Of a stretch of 64,000 nt of DNA, positions 25,301 through 36,929 are shown in pieces. Positions within the stretch are counted from its first letter, which is position 1. Every line of letters starts with the position of its first letter. The notes beneath the pieces were generated by a model. That model was given only the letters and a program-made list of their open reading frames with translations. It had not been told where the DNA came from and made no database searches. The position numbers were made by a program, and so were the translations under genes. Source of the stretch: Podospora anserina. Taxonomy: Eukaryota. The stretch is taken from NCBI GenBank assembly GCA_017654855.1, contig CM030335.1, positions 372,001 to 436,000 on the forward strand. Direction: 5' to 3'.

Positions 25301-25574
25301 GGAGGAGTGTTTGATTTTCCGGTGCAACACGCCCTTCAAAGTACTGCTGATACTTCTGCTTGAAGGCTTCTCTGTACGCTTTGTCGCCCAATCTCAGCTT
25401 ATTGGATTCAGCATCAGCGAGAATCTGGTCAAACGCTTCTTTTGTTGGGTCTTTTTGAATGATCGCAAATGAATGGAAGGGGTTGTGGGCCGGTCCGTCG
25501 TCGTACTCCTCGTCGCTGTCGTCAACTTCGACACTCTGGGCAGGTGGAAGGTCTTGGGTGGTTAGAGTCATCAT
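22322..25574 (-). CDS. Cytosolic ankyrin-repeat / LRR-like / subtilisin (S8) serine protease
   Basis: Exon 1 carries ANK repeats (QTLLHL, GKTPLWIA, GRNSIHAA, GLTPLHLA); introns 24322-24382 and 23057-23116; catalytic triad VALIDDGV (D), SASGHGTVMA (H), NTGSSVATALAAG (S); no signal peptide. Confidence 0.9.
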
Positions 25575-25859
25575 GATTGTCCGTAACGTATACAGAGGTG
25601 AAAGATGATAGATTGAGTGAAGCTGTCTGCACAGGTGCCCCCCCAGTCAGAGAGGAGCGGGGTGCCTCCAGTCCGCATCTCCTCCTGCAGCCCAGCTTCC
25701 AGCCTCATCATTGGAAGTCCTGATACGACTGGCGTCCCACCCCACTCACACCCCACCCTGAGTGAGCACTAGTAACGCGCCTTTCCATAGTGAACACAGT
25801 GCCGATACAGTCCCAGTCCCCAATGCAACCCTACGATGGCTTCGCCACTGGGTGCCTCC

Positions 25860-26720
25860 TCACCTTTGTTCAGGTAGCCCTTTTCTGAAAGTGACGTTGG
25901 GAACAGTCGATAGCTGCTTGAAAGCTTCCGCAAGGTTCATCTCATCATAGTGGGTTCTCTTGGACTCGATTGTCGGATCGAACAGGACCGGATCGTCAGG
26001 TGGTGTAGAGCCGAACACAGATTCCAATGTTGTACGCCAGTCAGCGCGCGCCTTGATGGTGACGGAGCACTGGAAAAGCTCTTCATCCTCCCTCTCAAGC
26101 AGGACAGCGGCCCGCATGGCGACGGGAACACCGGTCTCGGTCGCGGGATTCTCCAGCAGTGTCCACGAAGCCGAGTTTGGCTGGCCAAAATTGCGCCCCC
26201 GGAGAGACTTTGCGCCCACAACGGTTGCAGCGTAGGTCATATCCCTGGTGATGCTCTTGTCTATGCTGATACCGGCGCTCAAGGTTGGGGCAGGGCCAGG
26301 AGTGGCGCTTATACCCAGATTTCCCGAGAGCGTGCTTGACTCGGTTTGGGTTGTTGGAGCAACGGTGAAGTTTCCGTCAGGGGAAATGGCCCTGACCTCG
26401 GGCTGGTAGGGACTGTTGGGATCCAAACTACTGAATCGGAGGTCAATGTGGACGGAAGCGATGCGTCGGGCGCGTTTGCGGGAGTCGAAACGGAAGTCGA
26501 GGACTATCAGGGTACAAAGAATATCGCTGTCGGGTGACAGGAAACCGTGGACTACATCGGCACAGGAGCACCGGACGTCGACGGCGCCCTTCCGTTCAAC
26601 GTAGTTCTGCCGTTGGAGAGGCTTGTTGGGGTCGTTTTTAGTGTGAAACTGACTCCCACTGTCGCCAGTGGGAGCAAGTGCGATGTTCCAAGAGAGCGAG
26701 TCTGCCGCTTCGTCTTCCAT
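25860..26720 (-). CDS. Uncharacterised 286-aa beta-rich protein; candidate beta-pore-forming protein
   Basis: Intronless ORF without signal peptide; strand-like segments flank an S/T/G-rich alternating hairpin (TTQTESSTLSGNLGISATPGPAPTLSAGISIDKSITRD). The CDS is well supported; the function is inference. Confidence 0.8.
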   Translation of the reverse strand: MEDEAADSLSWNIALAPTGDSGSQFHTKNDPNKPLQRQNYVERKGAVDVRCSCADVVHGFLSPDSDILCTLIVLDFRFDSRKRARRIASVHIDLRFSSLDPNSPYQPEVRAISPDGNFTVAPTTQTESSTLSGNLGISATPGPAPTLSAGISIDKSITRDMTYAATVVGAKSLRGRNFGQPNSASWTLLENPATETGVPVAMRAAVLLEREDEELFQCSVTIKARADWRTTLESVFGSTPPDDPVLFDPTIESKRTHYDEMNLAEAFKQLSTVPNVTFRKGLPEQR

Positions 26721-27204
26721 ATTTTCATCCGAGGTAGCGGGACGGAGCGATGGAAATGAACATTCGAAGAGGATTATGGGAAACTAGGGTTATCGAACCA
26801 GTCTTCTATGACGACGAGGGAGGGGTTTTGCTTACCGGCCTGCCACCTTTCCTTTCTCGGCATCGCTTGATCGAAAAGACCCCTAAAGCGAGTGATTTTG
26901 TCGAGAAGCAGTCTTCGCGAACTTCTTGGTTCTTCTTGGTTGAGCAGAAATCCTTCAGGCCTCCCTCCTGAAACTCGCACTGTACAGATAGATGTGTGCT
27001 AACCAATGGCGATTGAGACCCAATCATGCAATTTTGCGGCACAGCTGCCTAAACCTCCCAAAACCCCGCGCCTTCGACTCCACCACCCACTGCAGATGAT
27101 GGGAAGGAACGACGACGGGGTTCTGGCAGGCACAGAGGAGCCCCCAGAGCCGAGGGGTGCTCGTCTTGAACCGTCAGTCTTCACCATCCCATACTCTTCT
27201 CATC
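26721..27204. promoter_or_regulatory. Putative bidirectional promoter
   Basis: 484-bp gap between head-to-head start codons at 26720 (-) and 27205 (+). Confidence 0.45.
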
Positions 27205-30200
27205 ATGTCGTTGGATATTCATTTTTCTGGTGAACCTGGGGATGCCAGCTTTGAGTATGTCCACTCTGCCATGACTCGGGCACAACCATCACTGACAGAT
27301 ATCTTATCTAGCCTAGTAGCTGTCCATGGATTCTTTAACACATCGAGCGAAGCATGGGACCTTGGTTCGGAATCCGAACCATGGTTGAAGGAGCAGTTGA
27401 CGGCCAAAAAACGCTATGGCCGCCTTCTATTTCATAGATATGACACTGGCGCCTCCGCAGTTCAAGGCCTCTGTGGTCGAGATGCAATCCAGAAGGAGGC
27501 CATCATGCTGCTGCAGAAGGTTGCCGAACAACGAAAAGACCAGGACCCCGTGAGTCCATCGGGACCTACAAGACAACATGATATTATGACTAAACCCAGA
27601 GTAGCCTCGACCACTTATTTTTCTCGCCCTGGACTTTGGGGGGTTAATCATCAAAGAGGTGCAGTGCTTGATCATTTTGCTGCCTGCTTATTGACCTCGA
27701 TCTTCTGACCTCGAGTATTTCCAGGCCATCATCCAAGCGAGCAGACACACGCTTGAGTTTGCAAATATCAGTGCTTCTACCCGTCTAATGGTATGTTTCT
27801 TCCATATTCCGTCGCTGTAAAATCTATGCACATGCCGAACTAACCTTCCGTCCCCTGCTTCTTGCAGTCTTTCGTTGGTACTCCGCACAGATGGCACAAC
27901 GAACAAGACCTAGAATCAAAGCTGGCCAGCTTTCTATTTGCCAAGCGGCCTACAGCTCTAACTGTTGAGGACATCAATCGGCTGGCGAAGACTGTCTCAT
28001 CCATCTCTGAAGAATTCCTACAAACAAGAGCAACCATCCACAGTACACTAATCAGTGTTTGTTCAGAAGCTCCTGACGCGTATGGGGTGAGTCAACTCAA
28101 AGTTTCCGTGTTTGTTTCTGGATAATCGCAGCTAACGAAGAGTTCTAGATTCATCAGATCTTCACGTCGAGTTTTGGCATTCCCATGGAGTTGCGCTTCT
28201 CCGCCCAGTCAGTTGATGCGGTCCAGGAGGTGAGCGTGCGGGACGCTCTTATCGAGACTCTAGAATCGAGAATTCTTGGAGTGATCAACAGTGTGTTATC
28301 TACACCCAACCACCCACCACCGACTTCTGTGCTGACATGTGTTGCTTTCAGCCCCAACTCCAACCCACACACTAGCTTGGCTGAACGGTGCTGTTGTCGT
28401 TCAGGCTCCGTCACCCACCCCAATTATGTCTGTAAAAACAGCCGACAGTGACCATGTGCCATTTTCATGGCTGGATGATAGCCCGGTTTTCAAGGAGTGG
28501 ATGAACCACGAAGGATGTAAAATCATGCACATCCATGGCTCGTCCAATGTCTCAGTCGCCGCGTCTTATGCCTACCAACAAGCCCGAATACACGCGTCGA
28601 CTGGAGGTTTTACAAGCGGTCTAACACTGTATTTCAGATTCGACCGCCACGATTGTCAAAGAAACACCATCAAGTCAATGGCGACCTTATTCCTCGCTCA
28701 GACTATTGCCCGGTTCGGCACCCTTCCAGCCTCCGCTCAGTTTCCAAGCTTTGAACCACCGCTGTTTGACAAGGCCCTTACGGAAAAAGATGTCTTCTTT
28801 TTGCTCAACAGCTTTCGACTGGATTGCAACAGGCCAGCAAGAACGACATGGGTGCTGGACAGACTCGATGAGTGCGAACCAGCTTCGTGCAACTGGTTTC
28901 TTAACGAGTTGGCCTCAATCGCAGCGCGATGCGAGTTGTACTTCAAGGTCTTGATTACTACTGCCAGTCCTAAGCATGTCCAAACTCAACTTGCTGCCGC
29001 CGGCTGCGAAAGCTTGTCCTTGGATATCGCCTCCTCGCAGGTGGGCCCCGGAATCAAAATACCGCCGGTCCCAGCCAGTCGCCACTGTCCAGCGCTCGAG
29101 CCGTATGCACCTCAACTCGGCGATCTGCTTGGAGCGTGCCAGCCTGACCAGGATCTTTTCAGAATGGTTGTGGACTGGCTTAATTTGCAAGCTTCTCGGT
29201 GGAATACAAGAGCGGAAATAGCCGAAGTGGTGACGGCATTGTCTCCCCCATCACCGCGGGTGCTGTTGGGAGCGGTAATGCAGGCTGTACCCACACTTTT
29301 ACGGCCGATTGCTCGCGACATTCTTTGCTGGGTTCGGAACGCGGTCCGGCCTCTGACACCACTTGAATTAGCATCGGCCCTCGAGTTTCAAGGAGCTGAC
29401 TTGGGATGTCTTAATATCGAGTTGTACATCCCCAAGATCTTCGGACCACTTCTCACGACTCGCCACGGTGAAGTTCACTTCACACAGCCATGGGTTCGGG
29501 AGCTTTTGTCAAATTTGGAAAAGACGACCCATTGGTATGCGGCGGCCTCGACAGCAGATGATCACAAAGAAATTGCCAAGGCGTGTCTTCGCTTTTTGCG
29601 TCTTCCTGAGACGATCAAGGCATTGTCTCAGAGGTGTGGTGGGGCAAAGGCCTCGGGAGTCTTGCTCACTAGCCGACACGACATTGTCTCCTATGCTGTC
29701 ACGTTCTGGCCAACACACTACCGCTTGGGATACCTGGCAGCAGACTCATCGGCTTCGGCACCCCAAGACCTCATTTCATTCCTTGGAGATCCGAAAGCTT
29801 TGAGAGCGTGGTTCAGTGCTCATGGGTGCCTGTTGCCGCCGCACCACCAACCCCATAGCTCATATCTTTCCGCCTTACCTATAGTCTCGCATTTAGGACT
29901 GGAAACACAGGTCGAGAACATGCTTCCCATACATGCCGACCTTCCAACCAGCCTTCAGGAACTAGAGGACGCTTTATGTGAGGCTTCCAGAATGGGTCAC
30001 AAAAACATTGTGGATTTGCTGCTCAGCAGACCATGGACATTGACGTTGCACGGTGTGGTTGGGGCAATGGAGGCCGCAGCCCTCGCAGCTGAGTATGAGC
30101 TAGTAGAAGTGTTGTTCGCGTACGCCAAGAACAAACACAAGGACCAGGCGACATCGCATATGTACCCTCATTCCATCCTTGCTCGACTAGCTTGGGCAGG

Positions 30201-32892
30201 GAAGGGGAAGCTTCTGGAGTCACTGATGCAAGGTCGCCCATCCGGAGACCCAACAAGTCCAACAGTACCAGCCTCCAAGCTTTTGTGTGCTGTGGCAACC
30301 GGTCAGCTCGGCACCATTAAGACTCTTCTCCAACATGGCGAAGACGCGAACTTTCAAGATGACACCCGGCTTTCACGCACACCTTTGCATATGGCATGCC
30401 GATCCGGATATGGGGACGCAGTCAGGGCTCTCGTTGCAGATAGCGCCGCGGATATTGAGGGTCACAACGGACAGGGCCAGACAGCACTGCAGAAGGCCAT
30501 CAATCTTGGAAACATTGACGCCACGAAAGCTCTCTTGGACGGTGGCGCAGACATCGCCAGCGTCGAGGCTGAGATACCGCGGACCGATGGCTCTTTTCCG
30601 TATCCTGCTTTCTATATGGCTGCTTGCGAGTCTAGCTTCCAGTGCATTACGGCGGTGCTGGAACGGGGTGTCAATGCAGATGCCACCACAGATGAGTACA
30701 CCCCTCTCTGCTATGCAGCCGTCACCGGAAAGCTGGCTTGGGCAAAGCTTCTCCTGGCTCACGGAGCTCGAGTGAATGGATTAGGAAAATGGGTCCCGCT
30801 GTGTCAGGCCACCGCGAAAAACACTGGAAAGAATATGGATATGGTCAAACTTCTGCTTGAGCACGGCGCCGATATGAACGCTTCGGGTCCAGCTGACGTT
30901 GCTACTCCATTGGAGCGGGCTTCGGAGGCAAACTTGTTGGAAGTCGTCGAGTTCCTCATGGCCAAGGGGGCCGACATTGGGCTTCACGGGGCTGGAAGTA
31001 CAGCTCTGTCCCGTGCTGCCTCGAAGGGTCATACAAAAATGGTCCGTTATCTTTTGAAAGCGGGATCCAACCCCAATGAGGCCCATCCAGAAGCAACATC
31101 ATGGAAGGCATTGCACTGGGCGCATGGTCATCCCGAGTGTCTAGAGGTGCTTCTAGATAGCGGTGCCGATATCGACGCCATGTCGAAAGACGGCACCGCA
31201 GTATACATTGCGTCGTACAACAACCACCTGGAGTCTGTCAAGCTCCTCATCTCACGTGGAGCCAACCTCGAATTGACATGCGAGTTTCCAGACTTATGGG
31301 ACTCGAACTGTACAGCTCTTCTTGGGGCCGCTGGAAAAGGCAACGCTGAAATTGTGCGGGCTCTTCTAGATGCTGGTGCCGACATCACAGCCAGGTCGAC
31401 AAGGGACGAGACAGCTCTGCACCTCGCGATTAGCCATGGAAACAGCGAGGCCACAGTTAGGGTCCTTCTCGAGTATACTCCTGATTTGAATGCCCAAGAG
31501 TCCTTCTTTCAACACACCGCTCTTCATCGACTGATGTTGGAGGCAACCACGCATCTCAGTATAGCGAAAATTCTAGTCACGCGAGGGACGAGCCTTGAAA
31601 TACGAAACAAGGGAGGATATACTGTTCTCGATTATGCCATTTACTGGCGTGAGTATGAAGTTGCCAAATACCTCGTCAGGGCAAAGGCCAAAATCAACAC
31701 CGTCGGCAGTACTTGGGGAGGACCGCTCCACATTGCTTGCTGGCGAATGAACCTTGATATGATCAGGTTTCTTATGGCGAATGGTGCAGATGCTAACCTG
31801 ATTGATAACTCCCGTGGTGTACCGTTGCTCGTAGCCATGACTGAATATCAAGAGGGAGAGGATGTGACGCTTGAGATGAAAACAGCTGTCGTCCGTTATT
31901 TGATTGAGGAGGCAAAGGCGGACGTGACGGTTCGGGGAGGGATGTATTTCATCACGGTTCTCAACGGAGCATGCATGCAACCGGATGCAGACCTGTTGCA
32001 ATATATCCTGGACCAGGACCCTGTGGATTCCGACATGAATACAGCAGGCTTCAACGGCTGCCGGCCCATCCACTTTGCAACATATCAGAGTTTGGAGCAT
32101 GTTTCAAAAGTGTTGGCCAGAGGGGCTGATATCAATGCCTGTGACAAGCTCGGACGAACCACCCTCCACACAGCGGTCGCCAGTGGCAGACCAGATGTTG
32201 TCGAAAAAATCTTATCACTGACCGGGAGCCGGTATATCAACGAAATCGATCGAGATGGATGGACACCGCTGATGTGGGCGGTGAGGCAGTGTTCACACTG
32301 GGGTGTGAAGTCGGATAATCAAGAAGAGATTGTCCGATTATTGCTTGATCACGGCGCCAGCCTGTGGATAACTGGCAGGACATGCAATGAAGAGGGATGG
32401 TCAGCGCTGAAGTTGGCCCGCTACTATGGAGCCTCCCAAGAGGTGATTTTACTGCTTACCCCAAAGCAGAGACACTATCTCGATGACAAAGGAGAACCCC
32501 AAGTGTGGGACCCGCAGGCACATCGTTCCCGCAGGGCAAAAAGACAAAATGGCTTCTGCGACTTGTGTCTATATGTAAGTTCATCAGGTTCGAATCCTAT
32601 TTCTCCCAACCTCCAGAGCTAACACAATTGACAGACCCTCTGGGGCTCGGGGTACGCCAACGGACGGCTGTGGCTTTGCGCCAAGTGCTACACGTATCAG
32701 AATGAGTTTTTCCCCGAACTGAAGGACTGGAAACCGGCGAACGATGGAGAAGAGTTTGATCCTGACGCGCCGGAAGAACAGGAGGAGGAGGCAGAACCAG
32801 CGGTGGGTGAGATTGGCGAGCCGTCGCCAGGGCAGGTGAAGCAAGTACAGACCACGGAGGCGGATTATTGGTCTGATTCGGATTCGGATTAG
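27205..32892 (+). CDS. NLR-like protein: SesB-like alpha/beta hydrolase, NACHT-like, many ANK repeats, CxxC/CxxC zinc-finger-like tail (8 exons)
   Basis: Introns 27255-27311, 27550-27604, 27659-27724, 27791-27867, 28087-28148, 28291-28351 and 32575-32634 keep the frame. Motifs: DLVAVHG, RPLIFLALDFGGLIIKE, FVGTPH; W...FKEW, LYFRFDRHD, VLDRLDEC, KVLITT, AVRPLTPLEL; roughly 20 ANK repeats; FCDLC...LCAKC. Confidence 0.88.
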
Positions 32893-33377
32893 TTGAATAT
32901 GGTGCTCGGGGAACGATATAATTCATCTGCAATATTGGACATTTATCCATGCGTACAAATCGACCTTATCAGAGTCACCAACACCTGCATTTGTATCGCC
33001 TTGATGGCCCCGCCCACGGTCCCACCACGCCCCTGAACCCCTTTATCCACACCCTGCTTTGTTTACTTGCAAGTTGGCGTTGGCACAACAACAATGCGCG
33101 TTCTATCAACTCCAAAACATGAGTAAGGGGTTGGCACATCATGGGTTCACATGGGCCATCTGGGTCACATTTCGATCAGTGTCTTTGGTCGCGCCAAGCA
33201 GAACTATTGATGAACCCTTGCGGCACCGAACGCGTCAAATCACGCGGCCGAGCCTTGGTATTCAGCTCAGGCAGCCTTCTCTTGGCCAACGCTGCGATTT
33301 GCTATTAAAGATCACCACCCACATTTGCCTACGACTGCTTTGTTTGCTTCGCCAATCCCTTCAAAAGAAAGACTACA

Positions 33378-35534
33378 ATGCAAGTCCGAAAGCTCAAGAC
33401 CATCGTCAAGACCCTCCAGGCCTTCAACTACCACACCGCTTCCAAGCTCGAAAAGCCCGAGACAGACTTCCGCCTCCTCGAGCTCTACCCCGCATCGGCA
33501 TCATTACCTTCTAATTCGAGGCCGTCAACAGCAGAACCCCCCGATAACGCTTCCAAACCCCAGCATGGGAACTCTCCAAAAAGCAATAATACCATGCCAT
33601 CAAAAGATACCCCACCTCCCCTACTATGCCGCCTCTTCACCACCCCCCTCACCAACCCCTCCACCACTCCCTTCAAAGCCCTCTCCTACGTCTGGGGCTC
33701 CGACGCCACCCCCCATTCCATCAACGTCATTTCCACCCTCCCCAACGGGACAACCACAACCCTCTCCCTACGAATAACCTCCTCCCTCCACACCGCCCTC
33801 CTCCACCTCCGTGACCCCGACGTCCCCATCACAATCTGGATCGACCAGCTCTGCATCGACCAGTCCAACCCCGCCGAAAAGTCCGCCCAAGTCTCCCTCA
33901 TGGGCAAAATCTACTCCGCCGCATCCCAAGTCCTAGTCTGGCTCGGTCCTGCCTCGCACAACTCCGATTCTGTCATGCAGCTCTGGGCCGCCGTCGGCCA
34001 AGAAGTGCGCGACATGGGCATCGAAAGGTACTACACCAAAGAGGGCTGGCCCCTCCTCCACGACATCATGTCCAACACCGACCCCTCCGACCCCGAGACA
34101 CGGCAGTACCAAGCCCTACTTCAAAAACACGCGCCCGATTTCGCTGCTCAGATCCGCGACGGAAGCATCAAATCCTGGTTTGAAAGGCCCTGGTTCACCC
34201 GTGCGTGGGTGACACAAGAATTCTGCCTCTGCCCCGACACCGTCTTTGTTTGCGGCGATCAAAAGCTCGATGTCGACTTGGTGATGCTCGCGGGGCAGAT
34301 ACTAAGTTACTCAACCTTGCTCCTCGTCCGCCCGCCTTATTCCCTCACGGTGGAGGAGTTATCCTCTCTTGACGATCCCACGGCGGATTTCTTCAGCTGT
34401 CGGAAGCGTCGGAGGGGTTATGAGACCAAGACTGGGGATGCAAAGGGTGACACGCTTTTCGTGCTGTTGAAAAAGATGTTTGTCGGCAGGGAGACGTACG
34501 CAAAAGTTTGGAGGGACAGGGTCTACTCGCTGCTGGGACTGGCGGTAAATGCAGAGGCGTTGGGGATAAGGCCTGATTATGGGGACTTGTGGGGGGAGGA
34601 AAAGACGGTGGAGATTATGACTGATGTGGCGAGGAGGATGATTACGAATGATTACTCGGAACGGGTGGATGTGTTGTGTTATTCGAGGTTCCCAAAGGAA
34701 GTTCCAGGGCTGCCGTCTTGGGTGCCGGATTGGAAGACGAATACGGTCAAGTCGTATTATCAGGTGCAGGAGGTGGTTGACCCGCATTATTTTGCGGCTT
34801 GCGGGGAGGGGAATCTGGAGGTTCAAGTGGTGCCATCTTGGTCAACACGGGTGCTGGGGTTGGGGGGGTTTTGGGTCGATACTGTTGACATGCTGCCTCC
34901 GGGAGATGGCAAGGAAGTCTGGTCTGATGTGCACAGATGGGATGGGCCGCGCTTGATGGGGTATCTGAGGCAGGTCGAAGCTCTGCTTGAAGCGGCAATC
35001 TCTAGACCTAGCAACCCGTATGGCTCCGACGAACGACGGCTCGAAGCACTTTGGAGAGTTCCCATTGCAGATACGTGGGATGATCGGTCGACGGGGGTGC
35101 GAGCGTCTCGAGAGTTGAAGGTCGATGTGCAGTTTCGACAGGTCGTCGAGGCGATGTTATATGACATTTGGATGAAAACAACAACAGCTGAACCGGCAGA
35201 AGCTCAACGTATCATGGACGAGTTCAACTGGGACGAAAGAATGAGGAAAGATAAGCTGGGGGCGAAGTACAGGCAGTTTATGTTATCTGGTGGTGGTAAC
35301 AAGAAGCCATTCTTGACGACGAAGGGCTACGTGGGCATGGGCCCACCTGATATGGAAGTAGGAGACGTGGTGGTCGTGTTTTGCGGTGGGAGGATCCCGT
35401 TCGTGGTGAGGCAGCTGCCAGCCAAGGAAGATGGAAGGAAGACCTTCTCGTTTGTGGGTGAGGCGTTCTGTGATGGCATCATGGATGGGGAGGCTGCCAT
35501 GGAAGAGAACCGTGGTGACTTTTTCTTGGAGTAG
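33378..35534 (+). CDS. HET-domain protein (HET-6-like heterokaryon incompatibility family)
   Basis: FKALSYVWG, IWIDQLCIDQ, EKSAQVSLMGKIYSAASQVLVWLG, PWFTRAWVTQE, LPSWVPDW and C-terminal GYVGMGP...GDVVVVFCGG...VGEAFCDGIMDGE. Confidence 0.93.
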   Translation: MQVRKLKTIVKTLQAFNYHTASKLEKPETDFRLLELYPASASLPSNSRPSTAEPPDNASKPQHGNSPKSNNTMPSKDTPPPLLCRLFTTPLTNPSTTPFKALSYVWGSDATPHSINVISTLPNGTTTTLSLRITSSLHTALLHLRDPDVPITIWIDQLCIDQSNPAEKSAQVSLMGKIYSAASQVLVWLGPASHNSDSVMQLWAAVGQEVRDMGIERYYTKEGWPLLHDIMSNTDPSDPETRQYQALLQKHAPDFAAQIRDGSIKSWFERPWFTRAWVTQEFCLCPDTVFVCGDQKLDVDLVMLAGQILSYSTLLLVRPPYSLTVEELSSLDDPTADFFSCRKRRRGYETKTGDAKGDTLFVLLKKMFVGRETYAKVWRDRVYSLLGLAVNAEALGIRPDYGDLWGEEKTVEIMTDVARRMITNDYSERVDVLCYSRFPKEVPGLPSWVPDWKTNTVKSYYQVQEVVDPHYFAACGEGNLEVQVVPSWSTRVLGLGGFWVDTVDMLPPGDGKEVWSDVHRWDGPRLMGYLRQVEALLEAAISRPSNPYGSDERRLEALWRVPIADTWDDRSTGVRASRELKVDVQFRQVVEAMLYDIWMKTTTAEPAEAQRIMDEFNWDERMRKDKLGAKYRQFMLSGGGNKKPFLTTKGYVGMGPPDMEVGDVVVVFCGGRIPFVVRQLPAKEDGRKTFSFVGEAFCDGIMDGEAAMEENRGDFFLE

Positions 35535-35954
35535 GTAGTGGGTCGTCATAAGGCCAGTGTAACGTTGACGATGGATGGGATCGAGAGGGCCTGCCGCCAA
35601 GAAGTACAACGCTGCGGAGATCTCGGCAGGGCACCCTGACTCTCCCCGCATCTCCCCCACCTTTCCCCAATCAACCCTGTCGGAACTTCATCAAATCTGG
35701 AAATTCGGAACACCACTCCGGAGGACAACGCGACAACTTTTTTTTGTTTGGAATAGCAGCATGATGATGGGGATGATGGCGGGTACCGCTAGAAGAGACT
35801 TGTGTCCTTACCAGCCTCGGCCTCCTCTTATTTACTTGAGGCCCCCCTCCTGAGCTGCGAGTCCTGTGTCTCTCTCCTCCTCGGACTTCACCACACCACC
35901 ACCACACCACCGCCAGACCACCGCCACTAGTCCTCACACCACACCACCAGCAAA

Positions 35955-36929
35955 ATGAAAGTCGACTCTTGGATGATGGCCGCGAGCTTCCTCGCCTCCA
36001 CCACCTCCGCCCTCGGCCCCAACGTACCAGAAACTGAGAAGCGTCTGCCAGGCAAGCCGGCGCCGATGCCGAACTGGAAGTGGCCCAACCCCTTCCAGTC
36101 CTCCCGCGCCGCCAAATACGAAGCCACCTGCCAGGTCCAGCGCTCCTTCAAGGCCGAAGAATTCAAGCTCGATGACTTGGCCCAGAACCCACCCCTCGGC
36201 TTGCTCCCATGGCGCGACGCCCTCAAGGATGTCTTTGCCGAGCGCGAGTACCCTGGTGGATGGGATGGTATTGACAACCACGGCTACGACCGCAACATCC
36301 TCAAGATGGATTACGAGACTGTTCCCCTCAAGGTGAGGGAGTGGATCGAGGAGCAGGAGCGCAAGGAGCTCCCCGGCCAGGGTCTCTTTGCCCTATTTGC
36401 CAGACCCGCGCCAGGGACCAGAGTGTTCAAGCAGGTGCCCGTTCCAAAGGAGCCCACTCCTGAGTTCAGAGAGAAGGACGACAGGAGAGTCCTCATCTTC
36501 GCCCCAGGGGCCATCTATGAGAATCTCCCACTCTGGCTGGGCGAGGACAGCGGGTGTGACGGTATGTTGTTTGTTGCGATGGTGTGTCTGATGTGAATGC
36601 TAACTTCTACCGTGATAACAGACGAGATGTTGGATCTTGCCAAGTATTCTGGTCAGGCCAAGGATGGCGGTGTCATCGGTTACCCCATCTACCACAGCAA
36701 GCCCCAGAGGTCGAAGGGCGAGCGCGACATCGAGTTTAGCCTCTTGGCTCAAGTTGTCAAGCTCAAGGAGGGCGAGACAGAGGAGGTAGCAGAGAGTTCC
36801 TCGCAGGCTGAAGCCGAGGCCAAGACAGAGGCAGAGAAGCCCGCTGTGACTGAGGTTGTCAAGGAGGCTGTCAAGGAGGCTACCGAGGCCGTCAAGGAGG
36901 CCACCGAGGCTGTCAAGGATGAGCTCTAA
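35955..36929 (+). CDS. ER-luminal protein (signal peptide and C-terminal KDEL), 1 intron
   Basis: Hydrophobic N-terminus, intron about 36562-36621, acidic AVKEATE repeats, ends KDEL*. Confidence 0.85.

Noticed and set aside
25860..26720. Canonical fungal gasdermin (HET-Q1/RCD-1 family)
   Set aside because: Size and context fit, but I see no family N-terminal motif and only one obvious hairpin; left as a distinct putative pore-former pending structural comparison.
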